60,167 bases of DNA from Patescibacteria group bacterium UBA6532 (GTDB taxonomy: Bacteria > Patescibacteriota > Minisyncoccia > Minisyncoccales > UBA6532). The notes under the pieces are model-generated. The model had not been told where the DNA came from, made no database searches, and worked only from the letters and a program-made list of their open reading frames with translations. Shown in pieces: positions 16,925 to 25,276 of this stretch. The stretch's first letter is position 1; every line of letters starts with the position of its first letter. Location: assembly GCA_002434805.1 (NCBI GenBank), contig DJKW01000001.1, forward strand, positions 87,985-148,151, in the 5' to 3' direction. The translations under genes and the position numbers were made by a program.

Positions 16925-18403
16925 TTAGGGGGTGAGAATTTTGAATTCCTGTTTTTGGCTTAAGCGCCAGGCAATATATCCCAAAACCAAAAAAGATATT
17001 ATCAGCCAAATCCAGTGAACATTCTCTATGGTTAAAGAAGCAAAAGGAAGCCTGCTGAATAAATCAACGATCTTCATTAGGTAAGTTAAAAGCAGCCAGC
17101 TTGGAAAAGATAAAATCTGGCCTAAAGAACTCCAAACGATTCCGACTATGCCAAATAAAAATCCCAAGCCGAAAATGTAAGGAAGAAGAGGCAATATTAA
17201 AGCGTTAGTAAGAGGGGCAATCAAGGAAATCCGGCCAAAGTTAAAAACTAAAATTGGCAGGGTAAATATTTGAGCTGCCAAGGTCATAGAAATAATGCTC
17301 CTCATTCCAAAAAACTTTTCTTCTGGAATTATCTTTAACCCTTTTTTTATAACCGGACCTAAATAAATAATTCCCATAACAGCTAAAAAGGAAAGCTGAA
17401 AGCCAACGTCATGCAACAAAAGCAAAGGATTTACAGCCAGCATTAAAGCTGCAGCAAAAACAATAGCCCGGGAAGATTCTTTAAGGCGGCCGGCCATCTG
17501 GGCAAAAAGAAAAAGAAAGATAAAAATTCCGGCCCGTACACCGGAAGCTGGCAAACCCACCATAATAATAAATAAAAACAATAGGGCCAGAGTCAAATAA
17601 AAGGAGTGCTTGCGCCAAAAACCCAACGAGAGAAAAATCTGCATTAAGGCAAGAGAGAGTATGGTAATGTGCATGCCGGAAATGGCAGTAATATGGCGAA
17701 CTCCAGCAATATTCAGCTTATCTTTCAGCTCATCTGACATTCTTCTTTTGTCCCCCAAAATCATGGCTCCCAAAATTGAACTTTGAGGCGGAGATAAAGA
17801 GCTGTAAATACTTTCCCTTAATTTATCTTTAAATCTTAGAATTCGGGCATAGATTATATTGGTAGAACTTATGTAATTTCCCCTTTCTAAGAGTTCAATT
17901 TGGGGCCAATAAAGAACAGAATATATTCCCTCTTTAGCTAAGTAGTCTTTGTAATTAAAGTCTTCAAATTCCAAAGGAGTCATTAATTTACCAATGATTC
18001 TTACCTGGTCTCCGTATTGATATTGAGGATAGCGATTTATAGTCACCAAAACCTTTCCTTGTTCGGTCTTAACGGTTAACTTCGTATTATTATTTCGAAT
18101 ATCAGGCTCTCTTACCACTGTCCCAACCAGAGTAACAACCTTTTCATTATCATTATACTTTCTTAATTCGTTGTCTTGAATTCCCCGCTCTACTTGCTGG
18201 TGGCGCAAAACCCCCGCTACCAAAAGCAACAAGCAAAAGCCAACTACGACAGATTTTTTACGATTCCAAAATACGCTTATTAAAATTATCCCTAAAATCA
18301 AAAATCCCAGTATAAAAAGCTGGGAGACAAAAAATATTGAACTCAAAAAAATTCCTGAAACAAAAGAAATAGCAAGATAGAGAAAGACAGTGGATTTTTT
18401 CAT
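16925..18403 (-). CDS. comEC: ComEC/Rec2 DNA-uptake channel (DUF4131 plus competence TM domain, no MBL domain)
   Basis: N-terminal TM helices, an OB-like segment (VTLVGTVVREPDIRNNNTKLTV), then a polytopic competence domain. 492 aa, ending without a metallo-beta-lactamase domain. Confidence 0.8.
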   Translation of the reverse strand: MKKSTVFLYLAISFVSGIFLSSIFFVSQLFILGFLILGIILISVFWNRKKSVVVGFCLLLLVAGVLRHQQVERGIQDNELRKYNDNEKVVTLVGTVVREPDIRNNNTKLTVKTEQGKVLVTINRYPQYQYGDQVRIIGKLMTPLEFEDFNYKDYLAKEGIYSVLYWPQIELLERGNYISSTNIIYARILRFKDKLRESIYSSLSPPQSSILGAMILGDKRRMSDELKDKLNIAGVRHITAISGMHITILSLALMQIFLSLGFWRKHSFYLTLALLFLFIIMVGLPASGVRAGIFIFLFLFAQMAGRLKESSRAIVFAAALMLAVNPLLLLHDVGFQLSFLAVMGIIYLGPVIKKGLKIIPEEKFFGMRSIISMTLAAQIFTLPILVFNFGRISLIAPLTNALILPLLPYIFGLGFLFGIVGIVWSSLGQILSFPSWLLLTYLMKIVDLFSRLPFASLTIENVHWIWLIISFLVLGYIAWRLSQKQEFKILTP

Positions 18404-18431
18404 AAAAAATAGCTTGTCAATAAAGCTATAA

Positions 18432-18452
18432 AAACTTAACTTAGTTAAGTTT
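18432..18452 (-). terminator. AT-rich hairpin after ftsZ (weak terminator candidate)
   Basis: AAACTTAAC-TTA-GTTAAGTTT forms a 9-bp perfect stem, followed on the minus strand by UUAUAGCUUUAUU. Confidence 0.35.
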
Positions 18453-18454
18453 GG

Positions 18455-19390
18455 CTATCTAGAAGATTCAAATCCGGTGGCTAAAACAGTTATCTTTACC
18501 TCTCCCTTCTTTAGCTTCTTATCTTTACTAGCCCCGAAGATTATTCTGGCATCTTTAACCGTATTCTTGGTAATAACTTTAGCTGCCTCATCTATTTCAT
18601 AAAGCCCCAAATCGTTTCCTCCAGAAACATTGAATAAAATTCCTTTGGCTCCTTCAATGGAAATATCCAATAAAGGAGAGTTAATGGCCTGCTTAACGGC
18701 AGCTTCAATTCTTCTCTCTCCGCCGGCCTGCCCTACCCCGAATATGGCTTGACCCGCTCCCTTCATAATAGATTTAACGTCAGCGAAATCAACGTTGACA
18801 ATTCCCGGGACGGAAATTAAATCAGAAATTCCCTGAACGGCTTGACGCAAAACCTCGTCGCACTGCCAAAAGGCAGAAACCAGAGTAGCGTCTTGATCAA
18901 TTAAAGAAAGGATCTTATCGTTGGAAATGGTAAGAAGCGTATCAACGTTGTCTTTTAAATTCTTTAATCCATTTTTAGCCACCCTCATTCGCTGGCTCCC
19001 TTCAAAAGAAAAAGGCTTGGTAACCACAGCAATGGTTAAGGCCCCCTGCTCTTTGGCAATCTTTGAAATTACGGGAGCTGACCCGGTACATGTTCCTCCT
19101 CCCAGGCCACCGGTAATAAAAACCATATCTGAACCTTTCAAAACCTTTTCTATTTCCTCCCTGCTTTCCTCGGTAGCCAGCCTGCCAATTTCGGGATTCA
19201 TTCCAGATCCCAATCCCTTAGTTATATTTTTACCAATTCTGATCTTTAAATGAGCCCTGGTCTTTATTAAATCTTGGGCATCGGTATTTACAGCAATCAA
19301 ATCTACGCCCTGGATTTTACAGGTCATCATTCGGGAAATAGCATTACCGCCCGATCCCCCAACTCCTATAACCTTTATTTTAGTCGGCAT
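18455..19390 (-). CDS. ftsZ: Cell division GTPase FtsZ (core only, no C-terminal tail)
   Basis: GVGGSGGNA, tubulin signature region GGLGGGTCTGSAPV, NVDFADV. 311 aa, ending ...VLATGFESSR. Confidence 0.93.
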   Translation of the reverse strand: MPTKIKVIGVGGSGGNAISRMMTCKIQGVDLIAVNTDAQDLIKTRAHLKIRIGKNITKGLGSGMNPEIGRLATEESREEIEKVLKGSDMVFITGGLGGGTCTGSAPVISKIAKEQGALTIAVVTKPFSFEGSQRMRVAKNGLKNLKDNVDTLLTISNDKILSLIDQDATLVSAFWQCDEVLRQAVQGISDLISVPGIVNVDFADVKSIMKGAGQAIFGVGQAGGERRIEAAVKQAINSPLLDISIEGAKGILFNVSGGNDLGLYEIDEAAKVITKNTVKDARIIFGASKDKKLKKGEVKITVLATGFESSR

Positions 19391-19396
19391 ATGCTT

Positions 19397-20629
19397 TTAA
19401 GGTTTAAACTTATTAAACATTTTCTCTAACTTGGACTTAATTCTTGGCCAAATAGAAGGAAGTTCTTCGTCTTCAAGATCAACTCCATCTAAAATCAGTC
19501 CTGAAACCACGCTAAAGGCCGGATCATCTTCCAGCCCCTTTAATTCTTTGAGAACTCCGATCCGGCAAGGAAGTTCTAATTCATTTTTAGCAAATTCTAC
19601 AATATTTGGTAATTTAGCTCCGCCGCCGGTTAAAACTACTCCAGCCGGAAAAAGATGATTAGAAGAAACTTTTTTAATCTCTTTATTGATCTCTCTGAAG
19701 ATTTCTGAAATTCTAGGTTCAACAATCTCGGTTAACTTTTTTGGAGAAAAAATTAAAGGGCTCTCTTGATCGGAAAGCTCTATCCTTATATTCTGGGAAC
19801 GAGCAGCCGACTTTTTTCTTTTTTTACTCTTAACTATCGGGCATGTTACAAATTCCTTCTTTATCTTTTCTGCTATTTCAATGCTGGTTTTAAGCCCGAT
19901 GGCAATATCATTGGTAATATTAGAAGAACCTACTGGCAAAACAAAAGCGTGTATTAAGTTGCCCTCTATGAAAGCGGACAAACCTATGGTCCCCGCTCCA
20001 ATATCTATCAGGTAAACTCCCAGCTCTTTCTCTTGGGGAGTTAAAACAGCTCTAGCTGCAGCCAAAGAAGAAAGAGTTATGTCATCGATTTTCTGAAGAC
20101 TAGAGTTTAAAACTGCATTGGTTAAATTCTGGATATACGGAGAGAGAGCGCCAAGAGCAAGAATTTCCACTTCCAGTCTCACTCCTTTCATTCCAAGCGG
20201 TTCTTTTACCCCGCCTTCTCCATCAACAATAAATTCGCAGGGAAAAACATCTAAAATCTCCTTATTTGATGGAAGAGAAAATGTTTGAGCTGCCTGCATT
20301 ACCCGCTCAATATCTTCAGAAGATATTTTTTGATCGGCTCGGGAGATAACTATGTTTCCACGAGAAAGCGTAGAGAATATATGGCTTCCATTGATATTGA
20401 TAAAAACTCTTTCAATATTTTCTCCGCTTTCGTCTTGAAGCTGAGATATGACTTGATTTATTTTCTTTGAAACCTCATCAACATCAATAACCACTCCTTT
20501 CCTTACCCCAAAAGATTGCTGAACAGCTTTAGCCACAACTTCTAAAGAATTAGGGTTTTTTACTACAGATAAACCCTTAATAGAAGTGGTCCCGATATCG
20601 ATAGCAGTAATTATATTATTATTGGCCAT
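19397..20629 (-). CDS. ftsA: Cell division protein FtsA
   Basis: Actin-like AIDIGTTSIKG, LIDIGAGT, VLTGGGAKL. C-terminal amphipathic helix WPRIKSKLEKMFNKF. Confidence 0.92.
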   Translation of the reverse strand: MANNNIITAIDIGTTSIKGLSVVKNPNSLEVVAKAVQQSFGVRKGVVIDVDEVSKKINQVISQLQDESGENIERVFININGSHIFSTLSRGNIVISRADQKISSEDIERVMQAAQTFSLPSNKEILDVFPCEFIVDGEGGVKEPLGMKGVRLEVEILALGALSPYIQNLTNAVLNSSLQKIDDITLSSLAAARAVLTPQEKELGVYLIDIGAGTIGLSAFIEGNLIHAFVLPVGSSNITNDIAIGLKTSIEIAEKIKKEFVTCPIVKSKKRKKSAARSQNIRIELSDQESPLIFSPKKLTEIVEPRISEIFREINKEIKKVSSNHLFPAGVVLTGGGAKLPNIVEFAKNELELPCRIGVLKELKGLEDDPAFSVVSGLILDGVDLEDEELPSIWPRIKSKLEKMFNKFKP

Positions 20630-20645
20630 ACTAAATTATAAATAC

Positions 20646-21062
20646 TTATGACTTTAAAGCTTGGGAAAGATACGATTCTTGTTTTTTCTCCATTTCCCTT
20701 GCTTTTGCCCTAGATTTTTCATGGTCGTATCCCAAAAGGTGCAATATCCCGTGAATCAAAATTCGGGCAAGTTCCTCTTGAAAATCAACCTTAAACTTTT
20801 TGGAATTCTTTTTAACCTCTCTTAAGCAAATAACTATTTCTCCCAGTCCTTCAAGAAAATCTTTAGATTCTTGAAAAGACAAAACATCTGTTGCCTTATC
20901 CTTTTTGCGATACTTCTTATTTAATTCTCTAATCCTGCCAGGACCGATTAAAGCCAAAGAAATCTCTCCACTACTCTTATTTTCTCCTTTCAAAACAATT
21001 TTGGCAACCTTTTTTAAAAAATTCTCGTCAATGGAACTCTTAGTCAAGTTATTAATTTCCAT
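20646..21062 (-). CDS. ybeY: Endoribonuclease YbeY
   Basis: Zinc motif HGILHLLGYDH. 138 aa. Confidence 0.9.
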   Translation of the reverse strand: MEINNLTKSSIDENFLKKVAKIVLKGENKSSGEISLALIGPGRIRELNKKYRKKDKATDVLSFQESKDFLEGLGEIVICLREVKKNSKKFKVDFQEELARILIHGILHLLGYDHEKSRAKAREMEKKQESYLSQALKS

Positions 21063-21111
21063 TATTATTCCATCTAAATAAATATTAAAGAAAGGTCTAT
21101 ACTGGTTAGTA

Positions 21112-21594
21112 TTAATAAATCCATCTTGTCACAACGGCTAAAAAGACTTGAATTATCATTATGGCTAAAATAATTATTGCAAGTTTTTTAATAATAGTGT
21201 ATTTTTGTCTCTTCGGCTTTTTTGGAGATAAAACTCCTGAACGCATCATTGATTCAAGGTGTAAAAAGAATTCATTAAGAATCTTTTTCTTCTCGCCTTG
21301 CCAATCGATAACGTAATGCGAGACGCTTTCTCTGCACTCTGCGGAAATTTGATTACCGTAAACCTCGATTATAAGAACCTTATGGTATGCTCCAGCAAAT
21401 AGATCAGCCAAAAAAGAAGAACTCGGCCACATTAAAATGCTAGGAATATTGACTACCCATTGTATTTTATCTTCTTTTTGCTCCTTTCTCTTTTCCTCCC
21501 ATCCCAATGATTTCAAGGCCTCGATGGTTTTCCCAACTACTTCGGTTAGTTCGCTAAATGAAAGGTTAGAAAATTCTTTTTCTTGTTTTGCCAT
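21112..21594 (-). CDS. Hypothetical tail-anchored membrane protein
   Basis: 160-aa ORF with a soluble N-terminal region of about 125 aa and one C-terminal TM helix (LAIIILAIMIIQVFLAVV). No recognisable motif. Confidence 0.5.
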   Translation of the reverse strand: MAKQEKEFSNLSFSELTEVVGKTIEALKSLGWEEKRKEQKEDKIQWVVNIPSILMWPSSSFLADLFAGAYHKVLIIEVYGNQISAECRESVSHYVIDWQGEKKKILNEFFLHLESMMRSGVLSPKKPKRQKYTIIKKLAIIILAIMIIQVFLAVVTRWIY

Positions 21595-21597
21595 CCT

Positions 21598-22107
21598 TTA
21601 TTTATTTTTAGGAATTAATAATTCTTTAACAACTTTACTAACCAATCCTCCGTCCGCTTTTCCTTTTACTTTTGGTATTAATTCTGCCATTACCTTTCCC
21701 ATGTCTTTGAGGCTCTCAGCTCCGACTTTCTCAATCGCTTCTTTGGTTAATTTTTTAATTTCCTCTTCTGAAATCTGTTCTGGTAAATATTTTTTGAGAA
21801 TTTCTATTTCTTTTTTTTCTTTATCTGCCAGATCCTTTCTTTTTCCTTTTTCAAACTCAAAAACCGAATCTTTCCTCTTTTTAACTTCAAAAGATATTAA
21901 TAAAATCAGCTCTTCATCGGTAAGCTGACTTTTTTTAACCAGCTCCTCTTCTTTTAAATTGGGTTCCTCTTTAGAAACTTTATACCTTTTTTCTTTCTCT
22001 TTATTTATAATGGCTGCCGATACCATGCGCAAAACCAAAGAACGGAGTTCTTCTTTTCCCCTTACAGCTTCCTTAATATCCTCTTGAATTTCTTCTTTTA
22101 AGCTCAT
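21598..22107 (-). CDS. yqeY: GatB/YqeY-domain protein
   Basis: N-terminus LKEEIQEDIKEAVRGKEELRSLVLRMVSAAI and C-terminal MGKVMAELIPKVKGKADG are typical of YqeY. Confidence 0.8.
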   Translation of the reverse strand: MSLKEEIQEDIKEAVRGKEELRSLVLRMVSAAIINKEKEKRYKVSKEEPNLKEEELVKKSQLTDEELILLISFEVKKRKDSVFEFEKGKRKDLADKEKKEIEILKKYLPEQISEEEIKKLTKEAIEKVGAESLKDMGKVMAELIPKVKGKADGGLVSKVVKELLIPKNK

Positions 22108-22334
22108 TAATATCTTTTATCCGGCTTAGATAGTTTTTTTAACTTTTTGTAATATTCTGCCAATTCTTCTTTTCGCAAGGCCGTTCTTCTTTTAGCTCCA
22201 CGGCTTTGTGAGTGTTTTCGGAATTGATTCTGCCTTGCCCGCAACAAAATCCCGCTTTGTTGAATAGCTTTTCTAAAGCGGTGGATTAAAGTTTGGGTAT
22301 TTTCTCTTTCTTTGCGTTTGATTTCTAATGGCAT
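22107..22334 (-). CDS. rpsU: 30S ribosomal protein S21
   Basis: 75 aa, basic. LIHRFRKAIQQSGIL...RKEE pattern. Confidence 0.75.
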   Translation of the reverse strand: MPLEIKRKERENTQTLIHRFRKAIQQSGILLRARQNQFRKHSQSRGAKRRTALRKEELAEYYKKLKKLSKPDKRY

Positions 22335-22353
22335 AAAATTAATTTAAATATTT

Positions 22354-22683
22354 TTATTTTTTCCATCCTCCTAATAAATGTAAATGCAAATGGCCGATGA
22401 CTTGGCCCCCTCCTTCGCCAACGTTAAATAATAATTTATATCCGCTTTCCGATATCTTTTGGTCTTTGGCTAGTTTTTTAGCTACTAAAAATAATTCTCC
22501 TATTAATCCTTTATCTTCTTCTTTCAAGTGATCTACGGAAAGAATATGTTTTTTGGGAACAACCAAGACGTGAATGGGAGCTTTTGGGTAAATATCTTTG
22601 AAAGCTATAATTTCATCATCTTCGTAAAGGATGTTAGCTGGCTCTTTCTTGTTGGTAATTTGGCAAAAAAGACAGTCGTCCAT
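22354..22683 (-). CDS. HIT-family nucleotide hydrolase
   Basis: Histidine triad HLHLHLLGG. N-terminal CLFCQI. Confidence 0.9.
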   Translation of the reverse strand: MDDCLFCQITNKKEPANILYEDDEIIAFKDIYPKAPIHVLVVPKKHILSVDHLKEEDKGLIGELFLVAKKLAKDQKISESGYKLLFNVGEGGGQVIGHLHLHLLGGWKK

Positions 22684-22686
22684 AGT

Positions 22687-23976
22687 TTAAAGATTGCTTA
22701 TTTTTTTAAGGCGCTTCTTTATTTCTCGGACAACTTTCTCAAACTTCACAATCTCTTGTTTACCGGTCTTCATGTCTCTAATAATAATTATACCCTCAAG
22801 AGCTTCCTTTTGGCCAATAATGAGAGTATAGGCTGAGCCAGTTTTATCTGCCTTTCTAAGCTGGGTTCTTAAAGAGTCTTTACCGAAAGATTCAGCTACT
22901 TGGATTTTTTCTTTTCTAAAATCCTCGAAAAGCTTTAAACTCTTTCTTTTGGCTAAATCTCCCAATTGGGCCAGGAAAACCTTGGGAGCGGAATGAGAAA
23001 CGCTTCTTGTTCTGGATTTCATCGCGCTTACTATTCTTTCCACTCCAGCTGCTCCGCCGCAAGCGGGCGTATCTTTCCCACCAAGTAATTTCACTAAAGC
23101 ATCGTATCTTCCCCCTCCGACTATGGCTCCGATATTTTTGCCTTCGTTGCTATCTTCGAATATTTCAAATACGGTTTTAGTGTAGTAGTCAAGCCCCCTA
23201 ACTAAAAGAGGATTTAAGTGATAGGGTATCTCAATCTCGTCCAGGAATTCTAAGACCTTCTTAAAGTGAGTCTTGCATCCTTCGCAGAAATAATCAATCA
23301 TCTGAGGAGCCTGACTGATTATCCTTTGGCATTTTTCTTCCTTGCAGTCCAAAATCCTTAAAGGATTTTCTCTTAATCTTCTTCGACAATCTAAACAAAG
23401 CTGCCCTTCCCGGTATCTAAAATAACTTGATAAAGATTTTTTATAATAAGGGCGGCACTGATTGTCGCCAATACTGTTAATCTCAATAATTAAATTCTTA
23501 AACTTTAATTCTTTTAAAATATTGTAAAAAATTTGGATAACCTGGGCGTCAACAGAAGGACTTTCTTCTCCCAGAACCTCAAAGCCAAACTGGTAGAATT
23601 GGCGAAACCTGCCGGCCTGGGACCTTTCATATCTGAAAAGAGGGCCAAAATACCATAGTTTTATGGGCTGGGGAAGATTGAACATTCCGTGTTCAATATA
23701 GGATCTGACTACTCCAGGAGTAAATTCGGGACGCAAAGCCAAATGATCGCCTCCTTTGGTCCGGAAAGTATACATCTGCTTTTTAACAATATCAGTGGAC
23801 AATCCTGTCCCTTTTTCAAAAAGCTGAGACTGCTCAACAATAGGGGTATCAATTTTTCCGAATTCATAAAATCCAGCAATATCCTTCACTACTTTATAAA
23901 TTTTCTGAAAGTAAGACTGACTTTCAGGCAAAATATCATGCATTCCGCTAGGTATTTGAAATTTTGGTTTCTTCAT
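22687..23976 (-). CDS. hisS: Histidyl-tRNA synthetase
   Basis: GMHDILP, class II motifs (FRYERSQAGRFRQFYQFG, GGGRYD), C-terminal anticodon-binding domain. ATG at 23976 preferred over the TTG at 23991. Confidence 0.92.
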   Translation of the reverse strand: MKKPKFQIPSGMHDILPESQSYFQKIYKVVKDIAGFYEFGKIDTPIVEQSQLFEKGTGLSTDIVKKQMYTFRTKGGDHLALRPEFTPGVVRSYIEHGMFNLPQPIKLWYFGPLFRYERSQAGRFRQFYQFGFEVLGEESPSVDAQVIQIFYNILKELKFKNLIIEINSIGDNQCRPYYKKSLSSYFRYREGQLCLDCRRRLRENPLRILDCKEEKCQRIISQAPQMIDYFCEGCKTHFKKVLEFLDEIEIPYHLNPLLVRGLDYYTKTVFEIFEDSNEGKNIGAIVGGGRYDALVKLLGGKDTPACGGAAGVERIVSAMKSRTRSVSHSAPKVFLAQLGDLAKRKSLKLFEDFRKEKIQVAESFGKDSLRTQLRKADKTGSAYTLIIGQKEALEGIIIIRDMKTGKQEIVKFEKVVREIKKRLKKISNL

Positions 23977-23987
23977 GAAATAATCAT

Positions 23988-24533
23988 TCAATAACTAGGA
24001 ACTTCAATCTTGGCCAGGGCAACAAAAGGCCAGGCTCTTAAAAATACTCGACCGATAATATCTTCTTTTGGTAAAGGTCCCCAGCGGCGTGAATCAGAAG
24101 AAGCAAACCGGTTGTCTCCCAAAACAAAGTATTCGTTATAGTCCAGAGCTATCAGAATATCGCCGGGCGTCTGCAAAGATGAAAGATAGCTTAATTCATT
24201 AAGGATTTGATTCCTCTCTCTGTTATAAATAATAATTGTTCCGTCTTTTATCTCTATTGTTTCTCCCGGCAACCCAACGATTCTTTTGATATAGCGCTGG
24301 GAAGGGTCATCTGGATATTTAAAAACTATCACCTCGCCTCTTTTGGGAGATTGGAATCGATAGGAAATTTCGTCAATAATCAAATAATCGCCGTTGCTAA
24401 AATTGGGCTCCATTGACTGTCCGCTAACTAAAAACGGCTGGAAAATAAAATACCTAATAGGTACCACTATTAACAAGGCGATGGCGACAACTTTTGCAAT
24501 TTCCCAAATAAAAAGGAGTGTATCTTTAATCAT
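23988..24533 (-). CDS. lepB: Signal peptidase I
   Basis: SGQSMEP (Ser box), YIKRIVGLPGE (Lys box), GDNRFASSDSR. Confidence 0.92.
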   Translation of the reverse strand: MIKDTLLFIWEIAKVVAIALLIVVPIRYFIFQPFLVSGQSMEPNFSNGDYLIIDEISYRFQSPKRGEVIVFKYPDDPSQRYIKRIVGLPGETIEIKDGTIIIYNRERNQILNELSYLSSLQTPGDILIALDYNEYFVLGDNRFASSDSRRWGPLPKEDIIGRVFLRAWPFVALAKIEVPSY

Positions 24534-24579
24534 ATTGTTAAATAATTATAGCTGAGATTTTCCATCTCTGCAAGCCCTG

Positions 24580-24588
24580 TGTTAAAAT
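24580..24588 (+). promoter_or_regulatory. Extended -10 promoter TGTTAAAAT, 9 nt upstream of the pth ATG
   Basis: TGTTAAAAT-ATACTTAAG-ATG. No Shine-Dalgarno sequence. Lies in a divergent intergenic region shared with lepB. Confidence 0.45.
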
Positions 24589-24597
24589 ATACTTAAG

Positions 24598-25179
24598 ATG
24601 ATATTAATTGTCGGCCTGGGGAATCCAGGAAAAAAATATCAAAAAACGCGCCACAATCTTGGTTTTAAAATTGTGGAAAAATTAGCCAAGAAAAAAGATT
24701 TCCCTGATTTTCGCTTTGTTAAAAAATTTAAAGCTGAGACTTCTCAAGGATCACTAAGCAATAAAAAAGTTATTATCGCCAAACCCCAAACCTTTATGAA
24801 CGATTCTGGTCAAGCAGTAAAAAAATTGATAAAATTCATGAAGCTGAAAGTCAGGGATTTACTTGTTGTCCATGACGATATTGATCTTCCTTTGGGAAAA
24901 ATTAAAATTTCTAAAAGCCGGGGATCGGCTGGACACAAAGGAGTTCAGTCCATTATTAATAACCTGAAAACAAAAGATTTTATCAGGTTCAGGATTGGAA
25001 TTAAGCCGAAAAATGATAAAAAAGAATCCAGAAATACGGCAGAGAGGTTTGTTCTCCAAAAATTTAATAAAAAGGAGGAGGAAATCATAAAAGAAAGCAT
25101 AAGAATAAGCAATGAAGCAATTGAGATGGCAGTCAACCAAGGGATTGAAAAAGCAATGGGAGAATATAATCAAAAATAG
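24598..25179 (+). CDS. pth: Peptidyl-tRNA hydrolase
   Basis: LIVGLGNPGKKYQKTRHNLGF, VVHDDIDLPLGKIK, GHKGVQS. Confidence 0.95.
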   Translation: MILIVGLGNPGKKYQKTRHNLGFKIVEKLAKKKDFPDFRFVKKFKAETSQGSLSNKKVIIAKPQTFMNDSGQAVKKLIKFMKLKVRDLLVVHDDIDLPLGKIKISKSRGSAGHKGVQSIINNLKTKDFIRFRIGIKPKNDKKESRNTAERFVLQKFNKKEEEIIKESIRISNEAIEMAVNQGIEKAMGEYNQK

Positions 25180-25276
25180 GAAAACAAAAAGGCTTACTAT
25201 TATTAAGCAGGCCTTATGATTCCCGTTTATTGATTTCTTTTCTTTTCTCTGATTTTCACGTATACTCTTTTATTGA

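Noticed and set aside
25186-25212. Imperfect hairpin (AGGCTTA...TAAGC-AGG-CCT) after pth as a terminator.
   Set aside because: The stem needs a 3-nt bulge and no T-tract follows it. pth and mfd may simply be co-transcribed, or mfd may use the TATACT box.
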